NCBI GenBank assembly: GCA_963848295.1
Contig: CAWKDB010000010.1
Coordinates: 192,001 to 256,000, forward strand
From: an uncultured delta proteobacterium
Lineage (GTDB): Bacteria; Myxococcota_A; Polyangia; Haliangiales; Haliangiaceae
Reading direction: 5' to 3'
Length of the DNA: 64,000 bases
This document shows positions 22,196-30,309 of this stretch, piece by piece (position 1 is the stretch's first letter; the number at the start of each line of letters is the position of its first letter). Position numbers and translations under genes: made by a program. The notes beneath the pieces are model-generated. The model was not told the origin of the DNA. It saw only the letters and a list, made by a program, of their open reading frames with translations, and did not search any database.

Positions 22196-22825
22196 ATGAT
22201 CGTCATCACCATCGTCTGCGCGGTCGCGACGTTCGCGTTGATCGCGGCGGAGTGGCGCGGCGCGCGGCGCTGGCGCGCGATCGCGAAGATCACCGCGTCG
22301 GCCGCGTTCGTCGCGACCGGAGTGCTCGCCGCGAACGGGCGCAGCGATGGCTACGCGTGCGCGCTGATCGTCGGGCTCGTCCTGGGAGCGATCGGCGACG
22401 TCGCGCTGCTCGGCGACGGTCAAGGCGCGTTTCTCGCCGGTCTGGGCGCGTTCCTGCTCGGCCACCTCGCGTACGTCATCGCACTCGCGCAGCTGTCGGC
22501 ACCGAGCACGTGGTTTGCGCTCGCGGGCCCGGCGGCCGCGCTGCCGATCGCGATCGGCGCGATCGCCGTCGCCGTGCTGTGGCGCCGGCTCGGCTCGATG
22601 CGGGTGCCCGTGATCCTCTACGTCCTCGCGATCGTGACGATGGTGATCGGCGCCCTCGCGACGCACCGGGCGATCGTCATCGCCGGCGCGGCCCTGTTCT
22701 TCGCGTCCGATCTCTCGGTGGCGCGCGACAAGTTCGTCGGCAAAGCGTTCGCGAACAAGGCGTGGGGGCTGCCGGCGTATTTCGGGGGCCAGCTCCTGCT
22801 CGCATGGTCGCTCGCCGAGCGGTGA
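22196..22825 (+). CDS. YhhN/TMEM86 family lysoplasmalogenase
   Basis: GAIGDVALL, FLAGLGAFLLGHLAY, GAALFFASD, YFGGQ. Confidence 0.85.
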   Translation: MIVITIVCAVATFALIAAEWRGARRWRAIAKITASAAFVATGVLAANGRSDGYACALIVGLVLGAIGDVALLGDGQGAFLAGLGAFLLGHLAYVIALAQLSAPSTWFALAGPAAALPIAIGAIAVAVLWRRLGSMRVPVILYVLAIVTMVIGALATHRAIVIAGAALFFASDLSVARDKFVGKAFANKAWGLPAYFGGQLLLAWSLAER

Positions 22826-22838
22826 GGTATCGTCGCGG

Positions 22839-24893
22839 GTGATGGTCGACGAACCGCTGCTCGCACCCTTCGCCGGATCGCACGGCGGCTTCCCGCGCTT
22901 CGATCTGTTCCATGCCGCAAGGTTCCCCGCGGCGTTCGACACCGCGATGACCCGAAACCGCGCCGAGCTCGCGGCGATCGTGACGAACCAGCACGCGGCG
23001 ACGTTCGACAACACGATCGTCGCGTTCGAGCGCGGCGGGCGAGCGCTCAATCAGGTCAGCACGCTGTTCGGCGTCTATGCGTCGACGCTGAGCGACAAGA
23101 CCGTCCAGCAGCTCGAGCAGGATCTCGGCCCCAAGCTCGCGGCGTACAGCGACGAGGTCATCCAGAACGCGCGCCTGTTCGACCGGATCAAGGCGGTCTA
23201 CGACTCGCGCGCGACGCTGAAGATCACGCCCGAGCAGCTGCGCTTGCTCGAGGTCACGTATCAGAGCTTCGCCCGTCACGGTGCCGGGCTCGACGCCGCC
23301 GGCAAGACGCGGCTGCAGGCGATCAACCAGCGGCTCGCGACCCTGTTCACGACCTTCGCCCAGAACCAGCTCGCCGACGAAGAGTCCGGGGAGCTCGTGC
23401 TCACCGCCGAGACCGATCTCGCCGGCCTGCCTGCATCGGTGCGCGATGCCGCCAAACAAGACGCCGAAACCAAGGGCATGAAGGGCCGTTGGCGGTTCGG
23501 CAACACGCGCTCGGCGATGGAGCCGTTCCTCACGTACTCGGCCCGGCGTGATCTGCGCGAGAAGGCGTTCCGGATGTTCACGTCGCGCGGCGACAACAAC
23601 GACGCGCATGACAACAAGAAGACGATCGTCGAGATCCTCGCCCTGCGCGGCGAACGCGCGAAGCTGCTCGGTTTTCCGAGCCACGCGCACTGGATCATCA
23701 GCGACAACATGGCGAAGACGCCCGACGCCGCGATGGCGTTGATGATGCGCGTGTGGAAGGCCGCGGTCGCGCGCGTCCACGAGGAAGTCGCCGACATGCA
23801 GAAGCTCGCCGATAGCAAGGATCCGCACCACAAGGCGCCGCCGATCGCACCGTGGGACTACCGCTACTACGCCGAGAAAGTGCGCAAAGCGCGGTACGAC
23901 CTCGATCAGGACGACGTCAAGGCGTACCTCCAGCTCGACAAGCTGCGCGAGGCGATGTTCTGGGCATCGGGCCAGCTCTACGGCTTCACGTTCACCCAGG
24001 TCCACGATGTCCCGACGGCGCGTCCCGAGCTCTCGGTGTACGAGGTCACGCGCGGCGGCCATCACCTGGGCCTGTGGTACTTCGATCCCTACGCGCGGCA
24101 GGGCAAGCGCTCCGGCGCGTGGATGAGCGAGTACCGTACCCAGCGCACCGACGACGGCGTCACGCCGCCGATCGTGTCGAACAACGCGAACTTCGTCGGC
24201 GGCAAACCCGGCGAGCCCGTCCTGATCTCGTGGGAAGACGCGGTCACGATGTTCCACGAGTTCGGCCATGCGCTGCACGGCCTCAACTCGAACGTGCACT
24301 ATGCGACGCTCGCCGGCACCAACACCAAGCGCGACTTCGTCGAGTTCCCGAGCCAGCTCAACGAGCACTGGCTGCCGACCAAGGAGGTGCTCGGCAAGTA
24401 CTGCGTCCACTACCAGACCGGCAAGCCGATTCCCGACGAGCTCGTCGCGAAGATCGGCAAGGCGAAGCACTTCAACCAGGGGTTCGCGACGGTCGAGTAT
24501 CTCGCGGGCGCGATCTACGACTTGAAGATCCACCTCGAGCCACCCGGCAAGCCGATCGATCCCGCCGAGTTCGAGAGGCGCACGATGAAGGAGCTCGGCA
24601 TGCCCTCCGAGATCGTGATGCGCCATCGCCCGACCCAGTTCGGCCACATCTTCGCCGACGATGGCTACTCCGCGGGTTACTACGCCTATATCTGGGCGGA
24701 CACGCTGACCGCCGATGCCGCGGAGGTGTTCGCGCAGGCGGGGTACTACGACAAGGCGACCGCGAAGCGGCTGTACGAGTCGATCATGAGCGTCGGTAAC
24801 TCGATCGCCCCGGACGAGGCGTTTCGAAGGTTCCGCGGCCGCGATGTCGATACGAACGCGCTGATGCGCGATCGCGGCTTCCCGACGGCCTAG
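22839..24893 (+). CDS. dcp: M3 family metallopeptidase (peptidyl-dipeptidase Dcp-like)
   Basis: KRSGAWM, FHEFGHALH, RDFVEFPSQLNE, YSAGYY. Confidence 0.92.
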   Translation: MMVDEPLLAPFAGSHGGFPRFDLFHAARFPAAFDTAMTRNRAELAAIVTNQHAATFDNTIVAFERGGRALNQVSTLFGVYASTLSDKTVQQLEQDLGPKLAAYSDEVIQNARLFDRIKAVYDSRATLKITPEQLRLLEVTYQSFARHGAGLDAAGKTRLQAINQRLATLFTTFAQNQLADEESGELVLTAETDLAGLPASVRDAAKQDAETKGMKGRWRFGNTRSAMEPFLTYSARRDLREKAFRMFTSRGDNNDAHDNKKTIVEILALRGERAKLLGFPSHAHWIISDNMAKTPDAAMALMMRVWKAAVARVHEEVADMQKLADSKDPHHKAPPIAPWDYRYYAEKVRKARYDLDQDDVKAYLQLDKLREAMFWASGQLYGFTFTQVHDVPTARPELSVYEVTRGGHHLGLWYFDPYARQGKRSGAWMSEYRTQRTDDGVTPPIVSNNANFVGGKPGEPVLISWEDAVTMFHEFGHALHGLNSNVHYATLAGTNTKRDFVEFPSQLNEHWLPTKEVLGKYCVHYQTGKPIPDELVAKIGKAKHFNQGFATVEYLAGAIYDLKIHLEPPGKPIDPAEFERRTMKELGMPSEIVMRHRPTQFGHIFADDGYSAGYYAYIWADTLTADAAEVFAQAGYYDKATAKRLYESIMSVGNSIAPDEAFRRFRGRDVDTNALMRDRGFPTA

Positions 24894-24895
24894 CC

Positions 24896-25054
24896 CTACT
24901 TCTTCTTGCCGCGCTTGGCCCGGCGCGCCTTGCTCCGCGCCTGACCGCGCTTGTGCCACGCCTTCTTGCGCGCCTTCATCTTGCGATCCTTGAGGCGGCG
25001 CTTCTGTTTGAACTTGGGGCGAGACTTGAGCTTGCGCTTCGTACGGAGACCCAT
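24896..25054 (-). CDS. 52-aa Lys/Arg-rich microprotein (not in the ORF track)
   Basis: ATG-to-TAG ORF MGLRTKRKLKSRPKFKQKRRLKDRKMKARKKAWHKRGQARSKARRAKRGKKK; preferred AAG/CGC codons; fills the intergenic gap. Confidence 0.75.
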   Translation of the reverse strand: MGLRTKRKLKSRPKFKQKRRLKDRKMKARKKAWHKRGQARSKARRAKRGKKK

Positions 25055-25085
25055 AGGGGCACGTCTATACAACGACCGACGGGGC

Positions 25086-25111
25086 TGTAACCAGCGGGGG
25101 TGGTCGTCGTA
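25086..25111 (+). promoter_or_regulatory. Probable autoregulatory ECF promoter
   Basis: TGTAACC-N15-CGTA just upstream of the ECF sigma gene. Confidence 0.55.
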
Positions 25112-25128
25112 TACCAGCCACGGTCTCG

Positions 25129-25704
25129 ATGGCCGATCCCCTGGAGCTCATGCTGCGGTACTGCGATGGCGATGCGCAAGCATTCCGCGAGCTCTACGCG
25201 TTGGTGGCCCCCCGCCTCCTCGGGTACCTGGCGAAGATGACGCGCGACCGCGCCGTCGCGGACGACCTGCTCCAGCAGACGTTCCTCAAGCTCCACCGCG
25301 CGCGCGCCGCGTATGTCCGAGGCGCGGATCCGGTGCCGTGGCTGTACTCGATCGCGCATCGGACGTTTCTCGACGAGGTGCGCAAGCAGAAGCGCGCCGT
25401 CGTGCGTACCGCCGAGGATGACGTGCCCGAGGTTCCGGCGGTGATCACCGGCGAATCGGTCGAACGCCGCGACGAGCCGGCGGATCCCGAGCTCGCACGC
25501 GCCGCGCTCGACGCGCTCGCGCGGTTGCCCGACCAGCAACGAGAGGCGGTCGTGCTGACCAAGCTCGACGGCAAGTCGGTCGCCGAAGCTGCCGCGATCG
25601 CCGGGACGACCGTCGGCGCGATGAAGGTGCGCGCTCATCGCGGCTACGAGGCGCTGCGCAAGTTGTTGCTGCCCTCGGCGCGGCCCCACAAGGTGGCGTC
25701 ATGA
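25129..25704 (+). CDS. ECF RNA polymerase sigma factor
   Basis: [38 protein letters not shown]. Confidence 0.93.
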   Translation: MADPLELMLRYCDGDAQAFRELYALVAPRLLGYLAKMTRDRAVADDLLQQTFLKLHRARAAYVRGADPVPWLYSIAHRTFLDEVRKQKRAVVRTAEDDVPEVPAVITGESVERRDEPADPELARAALDALARLPDQQREAVVLTKLDGKSVAEAAAIAGTTVGAMKVRAHRGYEALRKLLLPSARPHKVAS

Positions 25705-26402
25705 CGGTCGGCCCCGAGATGCCCGAGCTGGTCGAGCTGAACGGGCTCGCGGCGCCGGTCCCGGCGCCGTTGTCCGCAGCGCTCGAGGCCGAGCTCGGCG
25801 CCCTCGCTCCGGTCGCGCCGCGCCGGCCGCTGCGCCAACTCGCGGTGCTCGCGGTGGCTTCGCTGATCTACGGCGCGGGCCTGATCGCCGCACTCGCCTT
25901 TCGGCGCGACCTCGACGAGCTGCCGACCGCTTGGCTGGTGGGTGCCGGCGGTGTGTGGCTGCTCGGCTTCGCGGTGCCGATCTATCTCGCGCTCGTGCCG
26001 CGGCCGGGCTCCATCGTGCCGCGCGCCCAGCTCGCGTTCGCCGCGGCGATCGTCGTATCGATCGGCTTTGTCGCCATGGGCGTCGCCCTGCACCCGCACG
26101 GGGCGTCCAGCCTCCACTACGGGTGGCCGCACTTCGCCCACGGTTGTTCGTGCCTCGGGATCGGCCTGTTGACCGCGATCGTCCCGGTCGTGGCGGGCGC
26201 GGTGTTCCTGCGCGGCGCGTTGCCGGTCGGCTCGCGCTGGATCGCGGCGGCGCTCGGTGCCGGCGGCGGCTGTCTCGGGGGGCTCGTCCTTCACCTCCAC
26301 TGCCCCATCTCCGATTGGCAGCACGTCGGGTTGATCCACGGTGGCGTCGTCGGTGTCGCCGCGCTGCTGTCGGCCGCGATCGTGCCACGCGTCTCGGCCT
26401 AG
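25701..26402 (+). CDS. NrsF (DUF1109) family membrane anti-sigma factor
   Basis: Multiple TM helices, conserved Cys and LHLHCP...H; ATGA overlap with the sigma gene. Confidence 0.8.
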   Translation: MTVGPEMPELVELNGLAAPVPAPLSAALEAELGALAPVAPRRPLRQLAVLAVASLIYGAGLIAALAFRRDLDELPTAWLVGAGGVWLLGFAVPIYLALVPRPGSIVPRAQLAFAAAIVVSIGFVAMGVALHPHGASSLHYGWPHFAHGCSCLGIGLLTAIVPVVAGAVFLRGALPVGSRWIAAALGAGGGCLGGLVLHLHCPISDWQHVGLIHGGVVGVAALLSAAIVPRVSA

Positions 26403-26459
26403 CCCGGCTCGTTCGACCGGTCGTGCTGCCCACGCCTCGCCGGTGATAATCTGTCGACC

Positions 26460-27164
26460 GTGATCGGCCTCGTGCTGTCGTGCGAGCACGCCTCCTGGCG
26501 GCTACCGTCGGACGTCGATCTCGGCGTGCCGCGCGACGTGCTGACCTCGCAGGCGAGCTGGGACCACGGCGCGCTCGAGATCGCGACCGCGCTGTCGGAC
26601 GAGGTCCGCCTGCCCGTTCACACCGGCGCGTTCTCGCGGATGTTCGTCGATCTCAATCGCGCCGCCGATCACCCCGACGTGATTCCGTCGCGGAGCTATG
26701 GCGCCGATGTGCCGGGCAACGTCGCGCTGACCGCTGGCGAACGGGCGGGCCGGCTCGCGCGGTTTCACGCGCCGTATTGGGACGCGATCCGGCGCGATGT
26801 CGCGGCCGGGCTCGCCGATCGAGGCGCGGTGCTCCACCTGTCGTCGCACAGCTTCGCGCCCGAGCTCGATCCGGCGAATCGCGCGTTCGATTGCGGTGTG
26901 CTCTACGATCCGGCGCACGCGTTCGAGGCCGAGCTCGCCGAGCAATTGCTGGCCGCGCTGCGCGGCGCCGGGCTCGAGGCCCGCGCGAACGAGCCGTACA
27001 GCGGGATAGGCCCCGCGGTGTGCACGTCGCTGCGGCGCGAATTCGCGGGCAAGCGCTACGCCGGCATCGAGCTCGAGACCTCGCACGCGGTCACGACCGC
27101 GGATCGCGGTTGCGCGCGCGTCGCGGCGGCGGTCGCGCCGTTCTTAGCCCACGTCGCCGTATGA
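26460..27164 (+). CDS. N-formylglutamate amidohydrolase family protein
   Basis: CEHAS, WDHGA, SRMFVDLNR, HSFAP, ANEPY. Confidence 0.88.
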   Translation: MIGLVLSCEHASWRLPSDVDLGVPRDVLTSQASWDHGALEIATALSDEVRLPVHTGAFSRMFVDLNRAADHPDVIPSRSYGADVPGNVALTAGERAGRLARFHAPYWDAIRRDVAAGLADRGAVLHLSSHSFAPELDPANRAFDCGVLYDPAHAFEAELAEQLLAALRGAGLEARANEPYSGIGPAVCTSLRREFAGKRYAGIELETSHAVTTADRGCARVAAAVAPFLAHVAV

Positions 27165-29110
27165 CCGCGCCCGCGAACACGCCGATTCCACGTCCCGACA
27201 CCGTGCCCGGCGAAGCGCGCTGGGATGGCGCGGTGGGCGTCGAGTGGCAGACCGGTCCGGTCGACGGCGACGGCCACAAGCACGGCTTGTTTCGCGGCTG
27301 GTCGCGCGCCGGCGTGCTGCATTCGGAGACGCCGTACGACCACGGGGTGCTGCACGGCAAGCAGCGGCGGTTTCATCCCGACGGCTCGATCGCGCTGGTG
27401 TCCGAATGGGCACGCGGCATCGAGCTCGACACCATCTACTACCGCAACGATACCTCGCATCCGGCTTCGCCCGAGCCGTTCCCCGAGTGCTCCCCCGCCG
27501 TGCGCTCCGCCGGGTTCTATACGCGCGACGGCCGCGCGAACTACACGATCCGCTACTTCCTGCGCGATGGCACCGAGGCCGGGCCCGACGGCCAGCCGGT
27601 TCCGCCGCGACCGCCGAGCGTGCCCGCGAGCGCGCGCTGGTTGCCGGACCTGCGCGCGTGGGTCGACGGCGAGCTCGAGCGCGGCACGAATCGCCGACTC
27701 GGGGTGTGGCGGCGGTGGTCGCGCGCGGGCACGTTCGAGCGCGACGAGCGTTACGACGCGGGCGTGCTGGTCAGCGCGAGCGAGCGCGGCGAGGGCGGCG
27801 CGGTCAGCTTCGAAGCGGTGCGCGACGGCGGCGCGATGCAGTGCACGCTGTTTGCCGGGGGCGCGCGGGTCGCGGCCGGGGCGATCGCCGACGGCTCGCT
27901 CGCGGGCACGTGGCGACTGTTCGGCGAGCCCGACCGCGAGCTCGACGCGACGCCGCATCGCATCGCCCACGACATCACCGGCGTCCGGCTCGAGCGCACG
28001 CTGGCCGACCTGGCGTATCGCGCCGACGAGCCGGCGCTCGAGCTACCGACCGAGATCATCGGCATCGACCGCGAGCCGTGGCATGTCACCGCCGGCTCGC
28101 AGGGCCGCCGCGTCGCCGAGATCCCGCGTCTCGTGCGCGCGCTCGTCGCGGCCGACCCGCGCGTTCGCGACTATGCGCTCGACGCGATCGAAGCGGAGCT
28201 CGATCGCCACGGCGAGGTGTTCCCCGCGACCGCGCTTGCGATCCCGTACCTCGCGCGGCTGCTCGCGCATCCGAACGCCGATGCGAGCGCGCTCGTTCGC
28301 GTCATCCACGTCGCAGCCGAGACCACGACGACCGCCGCCGAGCCCGCGCCCGTGCACGCCGCGGTCAGCGCCGCGATCGCGCTGGCGTGGCCCGCGATCT
28401 GGGCCCGGTTCGCGAGCGCCGGAGGCGACGATCGCCATCGCATCCTCGGCATCGCGCGCGCCGCGCCGAACGCGCGCGCCGACGTGCTCGCGCTGGCGAC
28501 CCACGATCCCGATCCGGTGATGCGCGCGTTCGCGATGACGAGCATCACCGACGGCGACTACCAGCTCGCCGAGGTCAAGCCGTGTCTCGACGATCGCGAC
28601 CCGCTCGTCCGCGCCGCCACCGCGATCGCGATCGGGTGCAGCGCCGGCCCCGAATCGCCGCGCGAGGTCGTCACTGCGCTCGCCGACGCGATCCGCCGCC
28701 ACAAGGAGCTCGCTCCGCGGTTCGCCGCGCTGACCTGGGCCGAGGAGCACGTCCTGGCACAGCTCGCGTTCGCCGCCGGCGCGATCGGCACGTCGGATGC
28801 GCGCTCGCTCGTCCACGCGTTGTGCGCGGTGTTCGGCGAGGTCGACGGTCGCTCGGCGATCACGTTTGCGACCGGGCTGCTCGCGCTCGCGTTCGGCAGC
28901 GGCGAGCGCCCGTTCGCGAAGCGATTCGTCGAGATCCTGCAGACGCTCGCGACGAGCCCGGGGTTCTGGGTCTACGACAACGAGGCGAGCGAGCTGCTCG
29001 GCCGCTGGAACTTGCCGCCCGAACGCAAGCAGCTCGCCGCCTTCGTCACGCGGCTCGGCGCGGCGCGCGATGCCGAGAGCATCGCGTACGCGAAGATGCA
29101 CTCACATTAG
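27161..29110 (+). CDS. Hypothetical protein with MORN-variant (YwqK-like) repeats and HEAT repeats
   Basis: GHKHGLFRGW, GVLHGKQRRFHPDG, GVWRRW repeats; LDDRDPLVRAATAIAIG HEAT-like repeats. Confidence 0.65.
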   Translation: MTAPANTPIPRPDTVPGEARWDGAVGVEWQTGPVDGDGHKHGLFRGWSRAGVLHSETPYDHGVLHGKQRRFHPDGSIALVSEWARGIELDTIYYRNDTSHPASPEPFPECSPAVRSAGFYTRDGRANYTIRYFLRDGTEAGPDGQPVPPRPPSVPASARWLPDLRAWVDGELERGTNRRLGVWRRWSRAGTFERDERYDAGVLVSASERGEGGAVSFEAVRDGGAMQCTLFAGGARVAAGAIADGSLAGTWRLFGEPDRELDATPHRIAHDITGVRLERTLADLAYRADEPALELPTEIIGIDREPWHVTAGSQGRRVAEIPRLVRALVAADPRVRDYALDAIEAELDRHGEVFPATALAIPYLARLLAHPNADASALVRVIHVAAETTTTAAEPAPVHAAVSAAIALAWPAIWARFASAGGDDRHRILGIARAAPNARADVLALATHDPDPVMRAFAMTSITDGDYQLAEVKPCLDDRDPLVRAATAIAIGCSAGPESPREVVTALADAIRRHKELAPRFAALTWAEEHVLAQLAFAAGAIGTSDARSLVHALCAVFGEVDGRSAITFATGLLALAFGSGERPFAKRFVEILQTLATSPGFWVYDNEASELLGRWNLPPERKQLAAFVTRLGAARDAESIAYAKMHSH

Positions 29111-29629
29111 CTGCAGGTCGACGCGGCGATCTCGGCGCCAGCCGGCGTCGTCGGTGCCGGTCGCATCCAGCGCGCCCCGGGTCGTCTCGGCGAGCTGGGG
29201 CGTGCCCACGCCGAGCCGCTGCAAGTACGTCTCGACGTTGTGAGCGCGGCGATCGCCGAGTGACAGGTTGTACTCCTCGGTGCCGCGCGGATCGGCGCGA
29301 CCCACGAGCTGGAGCTTGCGACCCTTGAGCGGCCCGGTCGTCACGCACCGCGCGATCTGATTCAGGACGTCGCGATCGCTCGTCGTCAGCTCGGCTTGAT
29401 TGAAGTCGAACTTCGGCGTCTGCTGCTCGCTCGACACCGTGAGCTGGCACTGCTTGACGAGCTCGTCGGACGCGCTGACGTTCGTGCTGACCGGCGTGCC
29501 AGGCGCGGGCTTCGCGTCCGAGCTCGCGACCGGCGGTGTGCTCTCGACCGGCCCGACCGGCGCCTTGGCGTGGTGGCATGCCGCGAGCGCACACGCCGCG
29601 AGGACGCCGACAACTAGCTGAAATCGCAT
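29102..29629 (-). CDS. OmpA/Pal-family peptidoglycan-associated lipoprotein
   Basis: LAAC lipobox; FDFNQAEL, GRADPRGTEEYNLSLGDRRA, DRRV; SD AAGGGAG. Confidence 0.9.
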   Translation of the reverse strand: MRFQLVVGVLAACALAACHHAKAPVGPVESTPPVASSDAKPAPGTPVSTNVSASDELVKQCQLTVSSEQQTPKFDFNQAELTTSDRDVLNQIARCVTTGPLKGRKLQLVGRADPRGTEEYNLSLGDRRAHNVETYLQRLGVGTPQLAETTRGALDATGTDDAGWRRDRRVDLQLM

Positions 29630-29666
29630 ATCGTCTCCCTTGCTGTTCTAACGGTTCGTACCCGGG

Positions 29667-29693
29667 ATGACGGAGCCCCAAGCGAGGTGTTCA
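29667..29693 (-). promoter_or_regulatory. ECF-type promoter for the Pal/OmpA gene
   Basis: TGAACA-N15-CGTCAT on the minus strand. Confidence 0.5.
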
Positions 29694-29736
29694 CGAACGC
29701 ACGGCGATTTCTGCCGTCGTATGCTTCGTGCTGGCG

Positions 29737-30309
29737 ATGGTTCGCGTCGACGACTCGGATAGCGAGATGGCCGTTCAATTCGAGCGGATCGTCCGGCGCG
29801 TCAAACGCTCGATGAGCTACCGCGGCTCCTACAGTACGAACGACATCTTGTCGTCGCTCGTGATGCGCTGGGTCCAGAGCGGCGAATGGGAGCGGTTGCG
29901 CGAGCTGCCGGCCGAACAGCGCCACATCGGCCAGAGCGTGCGCCGGTTCATCCTCGATCGGCTCGACCAACTCCGCCGCCGTGGCCAGCGCGAAGACGTC
30001 GCCGACGATCTCGTCATGCCCGATGACGCCACGCTCGCCGAGATGATCGAGCTCGCCGAGCTCCGCGAGTGGATCGCGGCGCGCGTCGTCGAGCTCGAGC
30101 AAGGCATCACCGATCCGCGCGTCAAGATCCCGGTCGCGGTACCGCGCGAGCTCGGCAAGACCTTGCGCTTGCACCTCGAGGGCAGCACTCAGCGCCAGAT
30201 CGCGATGACGCTCGGCATGTCCCTCGGCGCGGTCAACAAACGAATCGCCGAAGGCACGAGCTATCTCGTCGTGCTGCAGAGCATCGACGCCGGGGTCGCG
30301 ACCTCGTGA
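29737..30309 (+). CDS. Atypical ECF-like sigma factor
   Basis: Region 2-like RRFILDRLDQLRRR and region 4 HTH EGSTQRQIAMTLGMSLGAVNKR; overlaps the kinase start. Confidence 0.7.
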   Translation: MVRVDDSDSEMAVQFERIVRRVKRSMSYRGSYSTNDILSSLVMRWVQSGEWERLRELPAEQRHIGQSVRRFILDRLDQLRRRGQREDVADDLVMPDDATLAEMIELAELREWIAARVVELEQGITDPRVKIPVAVPRELGKTLRLHLEGSTQRQIAMTLGMSLGAVNKRIAEGTSYLVVLQSIDAGVATS

